Shown in pieces: positions 36,846 to 46,777 of a stretch of 64,000 nt of DNA. The position numbers and the translations under genes were made by a program. The notes under the pieces were generated by a model. The model searched no databases. It saw nothing but the letters and a program-made list of their open reading frames with translations, and had not been told where the DNA came from. Numbering within the stretch: position 1 is the stretch's first letter; each line of letters begins with the position of its first letter. Source of the DNA: a virus. The stretch lies in the IMG/VR virus record IMGVR_UViG_3300036760_000945, positions 1-64,000 of that record, one strand, 5' to 3'.

Positions 36846-37922
36846 TTAGGTCGGCCAGATGTATTCCGGGACCAGGTTGCGCAGCGTGAAGGTTGCATAG
36901 GCGATATCGGGATCAGTCTCAAGTGCTACACCAGCAAAGCGCAGCAGGATAGACTGGTTGCCAGCCAGGGTAAGGCCGCCAACCTGTGACATCATGACTT
37001 TGTTAGCAGCAACCACCAGTGAATAGGGTTCAATGTCCTCGGGTGTATTCATCGGAGAGACGGCCTTGACCTCGAAGGATGTGGTATACGGCTTGCCGGA
37101 CCACTCAGTGCCAACAGCACTACCGGTCAGAAGGGCAGCATAAAGATCGGGGTTGTTCCATTTGACGGTCATATCGTAGGCCAAGCGCCGCTGAACGATC
37201 GTCACATCCTCAAGGAATGGACTGCCATAGACACGCTCTTGACGAATATCAAGAGGCACATTCTGGAAACCGACGGTTGCGGCAACCACAGGCAGCTCGT
37301 CGCCGCCATCGCCAATCTTGAGCCAGCCACCAGTCTGGCAACCTACGGGAATTGATTCCCAGGACTCGAACTCGTTTTCCCATGACCACTGGTCCGGTGC
37401 ATGATCGAGCTCGAACTCGCGCCCGAGCACATCGACACGCATCGTCAGTGGCGCGTCGTTGGGTAGTACCAGTGAAGCACCCACGATCTTGCAATCCCTG
37501 AAGATCTGGCCCAGATCGGTGGCCGGATTAGCCTCCTTGGGCGGGATATGCTTACGGAAACTCATCCAGGGGACATAAGATGGCTCAGCGGCAAAACCGA
37601 AGATATGCTTGACGATGTTCTCTGAATAGTCGTAGTCGTCATCATCACTATCAACAGCACCCATGAGACCATACAGCAACCAGCCAAGTGTACTTTCAAG
37701 GCGCGGCTGGATCGTAAACCCGCCAGCAACCACGGGTCCGGCCTTATAGGGGAAAGTTGGCACGGGCACGCCGCCAATCTCCGGGACGCCTTCGCGAACT
37801 TCATCCATCACGTCCAGGTCGACCATGGTAGCCCGATGTTTGTACCAGTAGGGCGGACTGAAATCGCCCATGCCGGCTTGGGGGGCAAAGCCAATTATTG
37901 CCGAAGCAGCGGTAATTCCCAT
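36846..37922 (-). CDS. major tail tube protein
   Basis: 358 aa; position; LGWLLYGLMG and FTLRN motifs typical of tail tube proteins. Confidence 0.8.
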   Translation of the reverse strand: MGITAASAIIGFAPQAGMGDFSPPYWYKHRATMVDLDVMDEVREGVPEIGGVPVPTFPYKAGPVVAGGFTIQPRLESTLGWLLYGLMGAVDSDDDDYDYSENIVKHIFGFAAEPSYVPWMSFRKHIPPKEANPATDLGQIFRDCKIVGASLVLPNDAPLTMRVDVLGREFELDHAPDQWSWENEFESWESIPVGCQTGGWLKIGDGGDELPVVAATVGFQNVPLDIRQERVYGSPFLEDVTIVQRRLAYDMTVKWNNPDLYAALLTGSAVGTEWSGKPYTTSFEVKAVSPMNTPEDIEPYSLVVAANKVMMSQVGGLTLAGNQSILLRFAGVALETDPDIAYATFTLRNLVPEYIWPT

Positions 37923-37970
37923 TGTAAAACTCCTTGCCTGTCATAGACAGGACTTATAAAAAGATAAATG

Positions 37971-38510
37971 CTAGGGCCTTTCAGTAAGACATTGCCAGAG
38001 AACCTTGCCTCGGAAGATGAACTGTTTAGGCGGGCCACCGCTTTCAAAGAAAGTGTTGCCAAAACAGAACATCTTGATAGCATGTTCGCCGTAGTCGTCC
38101 GTCAGGCCGTATAAACTGGTATCTTCTATCGAACTCATCAATCTGCCAAGAATATCATAGGCTGTTTCATGCGCCTCGTCCTCCGTGAGATTCTCGCGAA
38201 TGAAGAAGCACTCAAGCCTTGCTACGCCTCTACGCCACCACATTTCCCCACCACCTATTTCTCTGGCCGGTAGAGTAAAACCAATGTTGGGTAGCTTCTC
38301 AAGGGTCACAATGCCGTCAGTGTAAAGCGGATCCTCGTGATCACCGCCACTTACGCCGATCTGTATATTCTTCTGGGTCTTGTCGCTTTGGAGTAGACCC
38401 TTCTTAATAACATCGACATAGGTAGGATCGGTTTTACTAACATTGGTCTGCAGCACATCTGTGAGATGTGCCACCAGTGCATCGAGGATCAAGTTCACTA
38501 CTTGTGTCAT
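37971..38510 (-). CDS. tail terminator/head-tail joining protein
   Basis: Position and size. Confidence 0.6.
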   Translation of the reverse strand: MTQVVNLILDALVAHLTDVLQTNVSKTDPTYVDVIKKGLLQSDKTQKNIQIGVSGGDHEDPLYTDGIVTLEKLPNIGFTLPAREIGGGEMWWRRGVARLECFFIRENLTEDEAHETAYDILGRLMSSIEDTSLYGLTDDYGEHAIKMFCFGNTFFESGGPPKQFIFRGKVLWQCLTERP

Positions 38511-39169
38511 TGTAATATGCCCTTTTGCCGTGTAGGTATCCTTTGCAGCTCGAGTTCGAAGCGCCGTAAGAAGAAGTCGGACATATCTTTCAACGGATTG
38601 TCAGTCGGTTGCCCGGAGTCAACTTTTGTGTCGAACTGCCGGATATTGGCTGAACCAACCGCTTTATTAAGTAGACAATAAGAGGCCGCAAATAAAACAA
38701 GAGCAGTGACTGTACTTTCCGGGGGTTCGAGAGCATCGTCGTCATCAGCCGGTTTAGTCCAGGAAGCACTATAGTAGATTTTTGCGCCGTCAGTGCCTAA
38801 AACATTGACGAAGGCGATCGTCCCTTCAGGATAGTCTGTCCAGGCATTCGTTTCAAATCCAACAAGAGTGTTCCTGTTTGCCTGTAGGCCCATCATTGGA
38901 AGGAATAAACCAACAGTCTTGTCATAAACGCCCTCAATGCCAATGGCATCTTCCGGGGCGTCATATTCAGACTCGCCGCCGCCAATTTCCTCTGTCTGAG
39001 ACTTCCAAATTCTTACGGTTATTGCATCGAGTGCGGCACAGATCGCATCCTTTAGGGTATCGGCACTGTAAACAGTACCGCCAACAGTCTCGCCATAGTC
39101 TGGCTCAACTATATCGTCCGCCAGGATACGAATGACTTTCCTTTTCAGGTCGCCAAAATCAAGATCCAT
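38507..39169 (-). CDS. head-tail adaptor protein
   Basis: Follows capsid; helical N- and C-termini with central beta region. Confidence 0.65.
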   Translation of the reverse strand: MDLDFGDLKRKVIRILADDIVEPDYGETVGGTVYSADTLKDAICAALDAITVRIWKSQTEEIGGGESEYDAPEDAIGIEGVYDKTVGLFLPMMGLQANRNTLVGFETNAWTDYPEGTIAFVNVLGTDGAKIYYSASWTKPADDDDALEPPESTVTALVLFAASYCLLNKAVGSANIRQFDTKVDSGQPTDNPLKDMSDFFLRRFELELQRIPTRQKGILQ

Positions 39170-39191
39170 GCCGCACTCCTATATACTTTGA

Positions 39192-40616
39192 TTAGCTGCC
39201 CAAATCAGGGGCAGGCGGTGCAATCACGCCACCGGGTTTCGGCAAGGTGACTGCGGAGAAGTGGCACTCAAAGAGGGACGGTTCCCAAATATTGTAGCCA
39301 GCAATGATGTCCCAAACATAGCGCCAAACACTCTCGAAGTCGTCAACGGGCTTCGGTTCGTAGAACGCGAGCGGCTGGTTGACGTTGCCTTTGATGCCAC
39401 CGCGAGAGCCCAGGACCAGGTTGAAGGCAACGTGCGTGCCCTTGGTCACATAGGCAAATTCGTCGGTGCCCAGATCGACCGTATAGGGCTTCATGATCGG
39501 GCGATCAAACGATAGTGTCTTATCGCCATACTCGCCATCGTTAATATCCACGATGCGGCGCACAATGGTCTTGCCACTCAGGAAGTTCACGCCGTTGACC
39601 ACACCAAAGTCGCTGGTCCTCTGGGTATGGATGGATACCTGATCGTTCAACTCGAAGATGGACATATCGGTGTCATCGGCCAACGTAATGAAGTGCGTAA
39701 CGCCCCTCTGGCCGACATACCAAACATCGTCAACGGCAGTGTTTTCAGGATCCGGACAACCATCGCCGCGGTTGATTGGCTCTTTGACAACGGCCTGGAC
39801 AGCAATGGGACCAGCATTGTAGAGAATGGCTGAGTTCTGGCCATAGGTATCATTCGGGCACTCGACGAAGCGAATGTTCTTGTAGACACCAATCTCGTAC
39901 TGTAGCTTGTCCTTGTAAAGGGACGCATCGCGCCACATCTGGGCCTCACTCGTGCTGGCGCCGGCCAGCGATTCCTGGAAGTCATAGATGACGCCAGGAG
40001 GAACGATAGCGAGTTTCGCAGAAGCAGCGGTGCCAGGGATGATCGGCGTACCGATATTGCCCAGGCGCAGGTTCCAGGCATTAACAGCACTCAAGGAGAA
40101 CTTGTTTTCCGCGCTGAGATCTCCAAAGTCCTCGGCGCCACCGGCATAGGTCCAATAGGAACGAGGGCCGAGCAGGTGTGCATTACGTGCAAGGATCTCC
40201 AGCTTTCGGCGCACATTGTTGCCCAAGAGGCCACGCAGAAGCGGGCGCCAGTCGCGGCCACCGGACATCCGCCACATCTGGAAGACGCCGGAACTCTTGG
40301 CATATTGCACCTTGTCGCCATATCTTTTGACCATGAGCTTGCGCTGTCTGGAGTCGACGCCGGCAGGCTCGGGGATGTATTGGTCAGTGATTGCGATTTC
40401 ATCATTGTCCACATCGCCCTCGAGCAGGTCAGTAAATATGGATGTTGAAGCTCCAGTCGCGCGGGACTGATCTACCCAGTCGATCAAGGGGGTATAGATA
40501 GTCGGGCCGCGCTGGAAGTTCAGGATAACCTCGGGGACCTTGTCGTCCCAAAGGTTCTGATCAACCACAGAAATCGGGTTGATATTGTAATAGTCTTCAA
40601 AAGTTAAATCAGCCAT
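39192..40616 (-). CDS. major capsid protein
   Basis: After scaffold; AIVPPGVIYDF, EIGVYKNIRFVE and DDFE..RYVW motifs; strongly biased codons; GGAGG RBS. Confidence 0.85.
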   Translation of the reverse strand: MADLTFEDYYNINPISVVDQNLWDDKVPEVILNFQRGPTIYTPLIDWVDQSRATGASTSIFTDLLEGDVDNDEIAITDQYIPEPAGVDSRQRKLMVKRYGDKVQYAKSSGVFQMWRMSGGRDWRPLLRGLLGNNVRRKLEILARNAHLLGPRSYWTYAGGAEDFGDLSAENKFSLSAVNAWNLRLGNIGTPIIPGTAASAKLAIVPPGVIYDFQESLAGASTSEAQMWRDASLYKDKLQYEIGVYKNIRFVECPNDTYGQNSAILYNAGPIAVQAVVKEPINRGDGCPDPENTAVDDVWYVGQRGVTHFITLADDTDMSIFELNDQVSIHTQRTSDFGVVNGVNFLSGKTIVRRIVDINDGEYGDKTLSFDRPIMKPYTVDLGTDEFAYVTKGTHVAFNLVLGSRGGIKGNVNQPLAFYEPKPVDDFESVWRYVWDIIAGYNIWEPSLFECHFSAVTLPKPGGVIAPPAPDLGS

Positions 40617-40645
40617 GACAGCCTCCAAAAATTGCTAAACAGGAT

Positions 40646-41314
40646 TTATGCTTTTTGGGTGGCCTTTACATACTTATCGTACAACTCATTGTACAACTTC
40701 TGGTCGCCAGCAATGGCGGCGGCATTGATCTGCAGCATTAGTGCCTTCGCGCCTTCGGGCTCCGTGGTCTTTGGCGGTGGAGGCGTGGTCACGCCGCCTT
40801 TCCCAAAGTCCTCTTTGCCCTTTTCTTTGATGACACCGAGCTTGGTCAAGAAGTTGCCGAAAGTCTCTTCGAGCTTTTCCTCTTCGGCCTCTGGAAGCAA
40901 TCCATCAGCCTCAAAAGTTGCAAGTTCTGGAAACTTTCCCATAATGAGACTTGCTCGCTTATCCTTGCGGCGCAAGGTCTCCAACTCAATCTCCTGTCCA
41001 GTCTTCTCGGTTTCCAACTTGGAAAGGGTGTCCTGGAAGGAACTTTTTTCGCTGGTGAGCACGGTCAGTTCACCTCTGAGCTGTTCAAGTTCTGTTGTAG
41101 TCACCTTATGAGCATCTTGTTCTTTCTGGTATGTGACTTGCAGGCCAGCGCGCCTTTTTTCAGCAGTGTCCAATTCCTTGGTCGCTTTGGCTTGCGCTTC
41201 CTCATATAGTTTCTTGTAGTCTGTTTTATCCTGTTGACCAGCGATGTCGGACGGAGTGGTGGTACCACCACCGGCGCCCGGATCCTGATCAAGGGTCGGG
41301 GAAGGGTTGGACAT
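40646..41314 (-). CDS. capsid scaffolding protein
   Basis: DYKKLYEE coiled coil, Pro-rich linker, short C-terminal helix; between portal and capsid. Confidence 0.8.
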   Translation of the reverse strand: MSNPSPTLDQDPGAGGGTTTPSDIAGQQDKTDYKKLYEEAQAKATKELDTAEKRRAGLQVTYQKEQDAHKVTTTELEQLRGELTVLTSEKSSFQDTLSKLETEKTGQEIELETLRRKDKRASLIMGKFPELATFEADGLLPEAEEEKLEETFGNFLTKLGVIKEKGKEDFGKGGVTTPPPPKTTEPEGAKALMLQINAAAIAGDQKLYNELYDKYVKATQKA

Positions 41315-41332
41315 GATATTTCTCCTATAGAA

Positions 41333-41554
41333 CTAAATTAGTCCCGCCTTTTTGTCCTCTAGCCAGGCCTGATGAGCCATCTCGGGTACAAATTTAGCGG
41401 CGGCGCGGATTATCTTTCTACGCTCTTCCTTCGAGCGGGACTTACCACGTAATTTCAGGGCACTGATAGCCTGTTGCTTGGTAGCAACAGGAAATCGGCC
41501 CCCTCCAACGGCAGAATGTTTCTTTCTATCCTCGGCATCTACATGAGCGGCCAT
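41333..41554 (-). CDS. small basic head-associated protein (DUF6582-like)
   Basis: RFPVATKQQAISAL...IIRAAAKF. Confidence 0.55.
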   Translation of the reverse strand: MAAHVDAEDRKKHSAVGGGRFPVATKQQAISALKLRGKSRSKEERRKIIRAAAKFVPEMAHQAWLEDKKAGLI

Positions 41555-41566
41555 AATTGCATCTCC

Positions 41567-43087
41567 TTAAGCTACGATAGGCTCGGTATCCTTTCGGATA
41601 CCCGGTTTCTTGCTATTATCGGGCAGATTGCCTATGGGTTTTTGTGGTGCAGCCGCAGTCTCTTCCTTGATCTTAACCTTCTCTTCTTCGATGTCAGGAA
41701 TGTCACCAAAGAGGGACATGAGATGCTCCTGCGAGCCTAACTTGTATTTCGCGCGGATGCCAGCCTCATTGATAAGTGCAGTACGATCTACAGGCAACAT
41801 CGGTGCCCAGGAAATGATAAGCGGTGTAGCAATATGTTCCTCTGTGATCTCGTTGATACCCTTGATAGACATCATCTTCAATAAGATCCTGCAGAACTTA
41901 GCCAGGCCGACTGTCCAGAAGATGCGCTCCATCTCAGCGTGTGTGACCAGCGGCCACATCCTTGTAGAGAGGGTCAAGCTCGAACGTTGCGAACCCTCGT
42001 CTTCCCCATCTGCAACTGCCGGATGAATGGCCTCGCGGCGATAGATATCGTAAAGTTCTCCGCCAAGTCTAAGCATTACATCCGAAGCAGTTTTGAGAGA
42101 GACCGTCAGTAGGTCCGGGTTTGCCTCATTACCCGCAAGGCCTGTAGTACTGCCAAGGTCAAGGATGGGCCGGCCATCTATCTTCTTGACCTGTACAGCG
42201 CCTCTTACATTGCGCATTGCAATTGGCTGATGCGAGTCGTCGCTGACCGCATCGCCGGTATCTGCCCAGCGTAAGTTTATTTCTCTGATAACACCCTTGA
42301 TCATCTCAGAGATAATGGAGTTGCCAAGGAATGTAGTTGTCCGTAAGTGTGGGATATATTCTATTGGGACAACCCCAAAGGGATTTACGCCCTTTTGAGG
42401 CGTGTCACCGAACATGATTGTCTGCCCGTTGATCGCAATCTCGTATTCTTCTTCTGTCCAGTGTTCCGTATAGAAATACTTGAGGTCATTCTCGCTAAGG
42501 GCATACTCGGTCTTATAGGACTTGATATCGTCTTTGGTAATCTCCCTAACGATCCAGGCCTCTCTTAGCTCCCAATAATTGGCGCCTTTGGGAAAACCGA
42601 TGAACTCTTTTGGCGAGGGATTGAAAATGCCAATCCGCTTTTCTATTGGCAGCCAACTAGCACTAAAGACACAGCCGCGGAGGTATTGCGAGATAATTCC
42701 ATTCGAGATGAATAATGCGCCGCCGCCGTTGTCTTCAAAGACATTTTTCAGTGCCTTCTCGACCGCCTTGCCTTGTGTTTTCTTGCCCTTCTCTACATCA
42801 GCCAATATTCTGACCGGTACGCCTCCGTAGTGAATGCTGTCCAGTGTCTGCCCGAATAACGCCGATGTATGTCGCTCACAGGTACCCTTCAGCGGATTGA
42901 TCTTGATAGGGTATTTATCTATCTTCTTCCCGGAGGCAGTATCTACGGTGAAGTCGTCCAATTTGGCGCCGGAATACCAATCCTCGAGCATGGCATAGTT
43001 CTCGAGTTGGGTCATATAGGTCGTATACGGGAACCCCTTGAGTTCCTGAAGAGTAAAGGGTGCAGAGAAGTTTGTTAGCTCAGCCAT
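41567..43087 (-). CDS. portal protein (SPP1 gp6-like)
   Basis: NPFGVVPIEYIPH...GNSII; ISWAPMLPVD; size and position. Confidence 0.88.
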   Translation of the reverse strand: MAELTNFSAPFTLQELKGFPYTTYMTQLENYAMLEDWYSGAKLDDFTVDTASGKKIDKYPIKINPLKGTCERHTSALFGQTLDSIHYGGVPVRILADVEKGKKTQGKAVEKALKNVFEDNGGGALFISNGIISQYLRGCVFSASWLPIEKRIGIFNPSPKEFIGFPKGANYWELREAWIVREITKDDIKSYKTEYALSENDLKYFYTEHWTEEEYEIAINGQTIMFGDTPQKGVNPFGVVPIEYIPHLRTTTFLGNSIISEMIKGVIREINLRWADTGDAVSDDSHQPIAMRNVRGAVQVKKIDGRPILDLGSTTGLAGNEANPDLLTVSLKTASDVMLRLGGELYDIYRREAIHPAVADGEDEGSQRSSLTLSTRMWPLVTHAEMERIFWTVGLAKFCRILLKMMSIKGINEITEEHIATPLIISWAPMLPVDRTALINEAGIRAKYKLGSQEHLMSLFGDIPDIEEEKVKIKEETAAAPQKPIGNLPDNSKKPGIRKDTEPIVA

Positions 43088-43096
43088 AATAAACGC

Positions 43097-43143
43097 AAAA
43101 AAGAGAACAGAATAGATATATCCCTCGTCTCGTCTGTTCTCTT
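43097..43143 (-). terminator. terminator-like hairpin in the portal leader
   Basis: AAGAGAACAGA...TCTGTTCTCTT followed by U run on - strand. Confidence 0.55.
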
Positions 43144-43168
43144 CTAGTTTACTTCTGGTCTAGGCTAG

Positions 43169-43197
43169 ATTATAAGGTGTTATCCTGAAAAAAGCAA
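43169..43197 (-). promoter_or_regulatory. sigma70-type promoter TTGCTT-N17-TATAAT for the structural operon
   Basis: -35 at 43192-43197, -10 at 43169-43174, 17-nt spacer. Confidence 0.7.
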
Positions 43198-43213
43198 GCT
43201 CCACCCGGAAATG

Positions 43214-43516
43214 TCAAATCTCCAACCTATCGCAGAGGCATCGGAGCCGTGAGTTCAGTATATCAATATATAGTATGTGCTTGCTTAATTCCTCTGCCAT
43301 TTGCGATATCGGCAAGACTTTCTCTTGATTTTCATTGCAGCTCGGTGCTGGAATGGCAGGAACCAAGGCCGAACTAAGTCTATTCTCTAGTTTGCCAATG
43401 GTCTCCTCGAGTTCCGACAGACTCTTGGCAATTCCTTCCGAGTACATCGGGATGTTCCTCTTTGCCTCAGGTCCTGAGGCTGGCACACACGCGGAAGACA
43501 AATTAGTGGTTGACAT
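43214..43516 (-). CDS. hypothetical coiled-coil protein (moron-like, own promoter)
   Basis: TATGGTATAAT at 43552-43562 and GAGGAG RBS. Confidence 0.7.
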   Translation of the reverse strand: MSTTNLSSACVPASGPEAKRNIPMYSEGIAKSLSELEETIGKLENRLSSALVPAIPAPSCNENQEKVLPISQMAEELSKHILYIDILNSRLRCLCDRLEI

Positions 43517-43747
43517 TTTACATCTCCTCTTGAATTTGGTTTGTTCCCTCAATTATACCATACTCCCGAAAGTATCTACGAAAGAGTATTCTGGGCGGCC
43601 AAAATCTAATGGCCAGTATACCACAATGCCCAATGCAGACAATAAGATAATAGGGGCCCTGGCGAAAATCGTCTATCTGATCATAGCCGATCAACTTCCT
43701 CATCTTGCTTTTCTCTGCTCCCTATCTATCGACCTTTCCTTTTTTCT

Positions 43748-46414
43748 CTATCGAGGCCACGTCGTTGACGAACCTGCCTCGTCTCGCCTGCGGGTACGTA
43801 CTTCATTTCTATCATGTCGGCGCCCCGAGACAAGTCCAGGGCTATCATCGCCAGTCTCGCTGCTGTTTTCCTCTCCAAAATCGCCATAATAAGCCCGGAT
43901 CGCAAACGCACCCATTGCCAACGTTGCAACAACGTCTTGCGCCAGCTTGCCACCACTTGCTTTATCCGCGATAGGATCATAGTTTTTTAGTTGGCTTCCT
44001 ATGCCAGTACAGATCGAAGGCCATGAGAGCATCTTGCTTTCGAGCGATAGTCTCAGTGCAACAAGGTAACTATACCTTTTTGCGCCCGAAAAGTCAAGAC
44101 CGGTTATTGAAATGACCGACTTCTTCTTGCCGTAGATATAATCCGTGCTGATCAGCTCCGCCGTACTCTTCTGGGGCCCGGTATTGTCCACGGCAGCCAA
44201 TATGGGTCCATAAGTATCGATCCACTCGATAAAACGGCTCACAAAAGGCATGATCGAGCCTGCGCCATTACCCCACCAGAAAGCAACTATTGGACTATGC
44301 ACTGGCGCCTCTGTGACATCAAAAACGATGATACAGGGAGCATTTCGGGAGGGTGCCACGCCTGTGCCTGGGTCGCCAATGATGAAATATTGGCGTCCTG
44401 CCTTACGTGGCTGTCTGAGATAGAACGCACCCATGTGCGGCAAGGTCTCCATCTCATAACCAGCCTCGCCTTTGTCGATGGCATTCAGGACTATCTCTGA
44501 TTGCCCGGCATCCAAGCAGGGATCAACAGTCGAGGCCGGGAAGTAAGAACCCTTACCCTGTGGGCGGTCCCCGGTCATGAAACGGTTGTGCAGTTCTTTG
44601 GGGATCATCTTCAGCGCAAAGCGGATCTGTTTATCGGTCGTATTCTTGTTATACTTGGTGTCAATGTTGAATACCAGCCCGTCCTCTTTGTCCGCTGCTG
44701 CCATATCATAGAGTTGCCACAGCTCGGGGTTTTCCCACGGGTTAGAGATGAGCGAAAGCCGGCCTAGATAGGGGCGGTTCTCGGCAGTGCCGCCAGTAAG
44801 GCGGGTGACTAGGTTTGTCACCACCACCCCCAAATCGTCTATTTTCCCGGCTTCTTCGATATTGATCCAGTCGCCGCGGTAGGAAAAGATGTTTTCTGCA
44901 GTCCCCTCCTCACCCAATGTCTGAAATTCCAGAAGCGAGGAGAATTTCTTGGTGCCAATATAATACTCGAGGGCAACCTGCGGCCAGGGGCGCTTTGGCG
45001 CAGAGACAATGAGTTTTTCAAAGGGTGTGCCCTCGACCTGCTCCATTAGCGCTCGATACATAAGCATTGACTGCCAGGCACTGGGTGCAACATTCATAAA
45101 CTTGAATAATTGCGTCAGCGCCGCATGATAGGCGGCACCCATCACCACGCCGACGGTTTTGCCAGAATTATGAGAGACAACACCCTCCATAACATAATTT
45201 TCGTAGCCGGGAACATGGATATCATATAGATCTATTTCTCCAACATCCTCTATTTTAGTAATAATTGGTGTATAATAGTCCCACTTATTATTCTTGGGAG
45301 AGAAACATGGATCAGGAAGAACTTCAAATACTTGTTGATCAATTTGGGACACAGACGGCTGTAGCAAAGCGCCTCGGGATAAGACAGCAAGATCTCTGGT
45401 ATCTGGTAAAGAAAAATCACTGGCATATTCACTATGATATAACTCGCCGCAGAAAGAAGGGCTCGAAACTTGATCCTTATTCTCTAATACTGAAACATCT
45501 GGGAGATCTTGGTTGGAGTTGCCAGAGAATTGTTGATGCCCTCGAACTAAAGACCGATCCTGAGCACGTTCGTCGCTGGTTGGTTGTCCATTGTCCCCAA
45601 AAACGGAACAGGAAGCACGGTGGTGTGGGGGAAAGAAGTCCTGCCTTTGTCGATGGTGACTATTATAATAGGAAGGATAATTCTTATAACTTTGTACCCG
45701 CGCCAGAGGGGTATATGGGTCAGAAGAAATCAAATGGTTGGGTTGCAGAACATCGTCTTGTCGTTGAAAAGGAACTTGGCCGACTTCTTCATCCGGGCGA
45801 GGTTGTACATCATATTGATGGGGATGGAAAGAATAATCTCCCTGGAAACCTGATGACTTTCCCGACAAATCGCGAACATCTACTGTGGCACTGGGAGCAA
45901 ATGCAGGCAAAATATGAGGAGCGATTAGAACATCTCCGAGCCGTAGATCGCGAGTACGTACAAACCCTTGGCTGGCAGTCATAAAACGATGATCCAGAGA
46001 GACGGTAATTGTATTACCATTAGAGAAGGAAAGTCTTTTTGCCCTGGCCTTTCCCTTGTAGAACGGCAGTGTTGCCTGGACCATTGCCCATCCTGATATG
46101 CCGCGGGCTAAAACAACTGGCGCCCTCTTATTATCAAGAAGCCACCTAAATGATACATATCTCCCAAGTTCTACATCATAGAGATGACTATCAATGTCGG
46201 CGCAACTGATCCCACAGATGGCAACAATAAACGATTGCGTTGCCATACACATTGTTTCTTGCCATTTACCCTCTGACTCGAAGTTCCAGTCCAGCATCCA
46301 TCCGTGTTCTTGGTTTGGTTTTCTGAACCAGTAATCACAGAAAATATTGGGATTGGCCGCCCCGGCCCTAAGAATTTCAATCTCGGCAGCAGTCATTGCG
46401 TGAATCGAGGGCAT
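43748..46414 (-). CDS. terL: terminase large subunit with intein
   Basis: Spliced Walker A GIS/SGKT; VAPS..QS; Walker B WINIEEAG; LISNP; nuclease IIGDPG, AVDNTG, QDVVATLAM. Confidence 0.9.
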   Translation of the reverse strand: MPSIHAMTAAEIEILRAGAANPNIFCDYWFRKPNQEHGWMLDWNFESEGKWQETMCMATQSFIVAICGISCADIDSHLYDVELGRYVSFRWLLDNKRAPVVLARGISGWAMVQATLPFYKGKARAKRLSFSNGNTITVSLDHRFMTASQGFVRTRDLRLGDVLIAPHILPAFAPSATVDVRDLSGKSSGFQGDYSFHPHQYDVQPRPDEEVGQVPFQRQDDVLQPNHLISSDPYTPLARVQSYKNYPSYYNSHHRQRQDFFPPHHRASCSVFGDNGQPTSDERAQDRSLVRGHQQFSGNSNQDLPDVSVLENKDQVSSPSFCGELYHSEYASDFSLPDTRDLAVLSRGALLQPSVSQIDQQVFEVLPDPCFSPKNNKWDYYTPIITKIEDVGEIDLYDIHVPGYENYVMEGVVSHNSGKTVGVVMGAAYHAALTQLFKFMNVAPSAWQSMLMYRALMEQVEGTPFEKLIVSAPKRPWPQVALEYYIGTKKFSSLLEFQTLGEEGTAENIFSYRGDWINIEEAGKIDDLGVVVTNLVTRLTGGTAENRPYLGRLSLISNPWENPELWQLYDMAAADKEDGLVFNIDTKYNKNTTDKQIRFALKMIPKELHNRFMTGDRPQGKGSYFPASTVDPCLDAGQSEIVLNAIDKGEAGYEMETLPHMGAFYLRQPRKAGRQYFIIGDPGTGVAPSRNAPCIIVFDVTEAPVHSPIVAFWWGNGAGSIMPFVSRFIEWIDTYGPILAAVDNTGPQKSTAELISTDYIYGKKKSVISITGLDFSGAKRYSYLVALRLSLESKMLSWPSICTGIGSQLKNYDPIADKASGGKLAQDVVATLAMGAFAIRAYYGDFGEENSSETGDDSPGLVSGRRHDRNEVRTRRRDEAGSSTTWPR
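45167..46204 (-). mobile_element. intein (346 aa) in the terminase Walker A, lacking an in-frame endonuclease
   Basis: CADIDSHL...VSLDHRFMT...DLRLGD; LYDIHVPGYENYVMEGVVSHN/S; central part has no recognisable motif in this frame. Confidence 0.92.
45307..45984 (+). CDS. HTH-HNH homing endonuclease encoded antisense inside the terminase intein
   Basis: GGGAG RBS, TATAAT at 45271; TQTAVAKRLGI HTH; EHRLVVEKELGRLL..GEVVHHIDGDGKNNLPGNL HNH motif. Confidence 0.92.
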   Translation: MDQEELQILVDQFGTQTAVAKRLGIRQQDLWYLVKKNHWHIHYDITRRRKKGSKLDPYSLILKHLGDLGWSCQRIVDALELKTDPEHVRRWLVVHCPQKRNRKHGGVGERSPAFVDGDYYNRKDNSYNFVPAPEGYMGQKKSNGWVAEHRLVVEKELGRLLHPGEVVHHIDGDGKNNLPGNLMTFPTNREHLLWHWEQMQAKYEERLEHLRAVDREYVQTLGWQS

Positions 46415-46415
46415 C

Positions 46416-46721
46416 CTAGTTCCTTAGACTATCGCGTAAGAGTGCTAATCCGTTCTCCCAAATCTCGTCGGCCAGGAGTACATCCCGGTAGTCTGTTGGG
46501 AGTTCCATATTACTGAGCATCGCATCTTGCAGGAACCGGATTTCCTCCCTATCGAAGACAAAGATCATCCGTCGGTCCTCACGTTCAAGGCATATCGGCT
46601 GGATCTTGTGAGAAAGGAAGTATTTGACTGTACCCTCACGGTCAAACTCTGCTCTATTCTCTGGTTTTACGGTCTTTCCAGGAGTAGTTGATAATACCAA
46701 TCGTGCCATTTTGTTCTCCAT
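46416..46721 (-). CDS. hypothetical protein upstream of terminase
   Basis: GAGG RBS; 1 nt from terL start. Confidence 0.6.
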   Translation of the reverse strand: MENKMARLVLSTTPGKTVKPENRAEFDREGTVKYFLSHKIQPICLEREDRRMIFVFDREEIRFLQDAMLSNMELPTDYRDVLLADEIWENGLALLRDSLRN

Positions 46722-46777
46722 TGTCCCTCTACCGTGGGACATATATAGGGTTTTTTACTCTGCTTTATTCTTATCAT

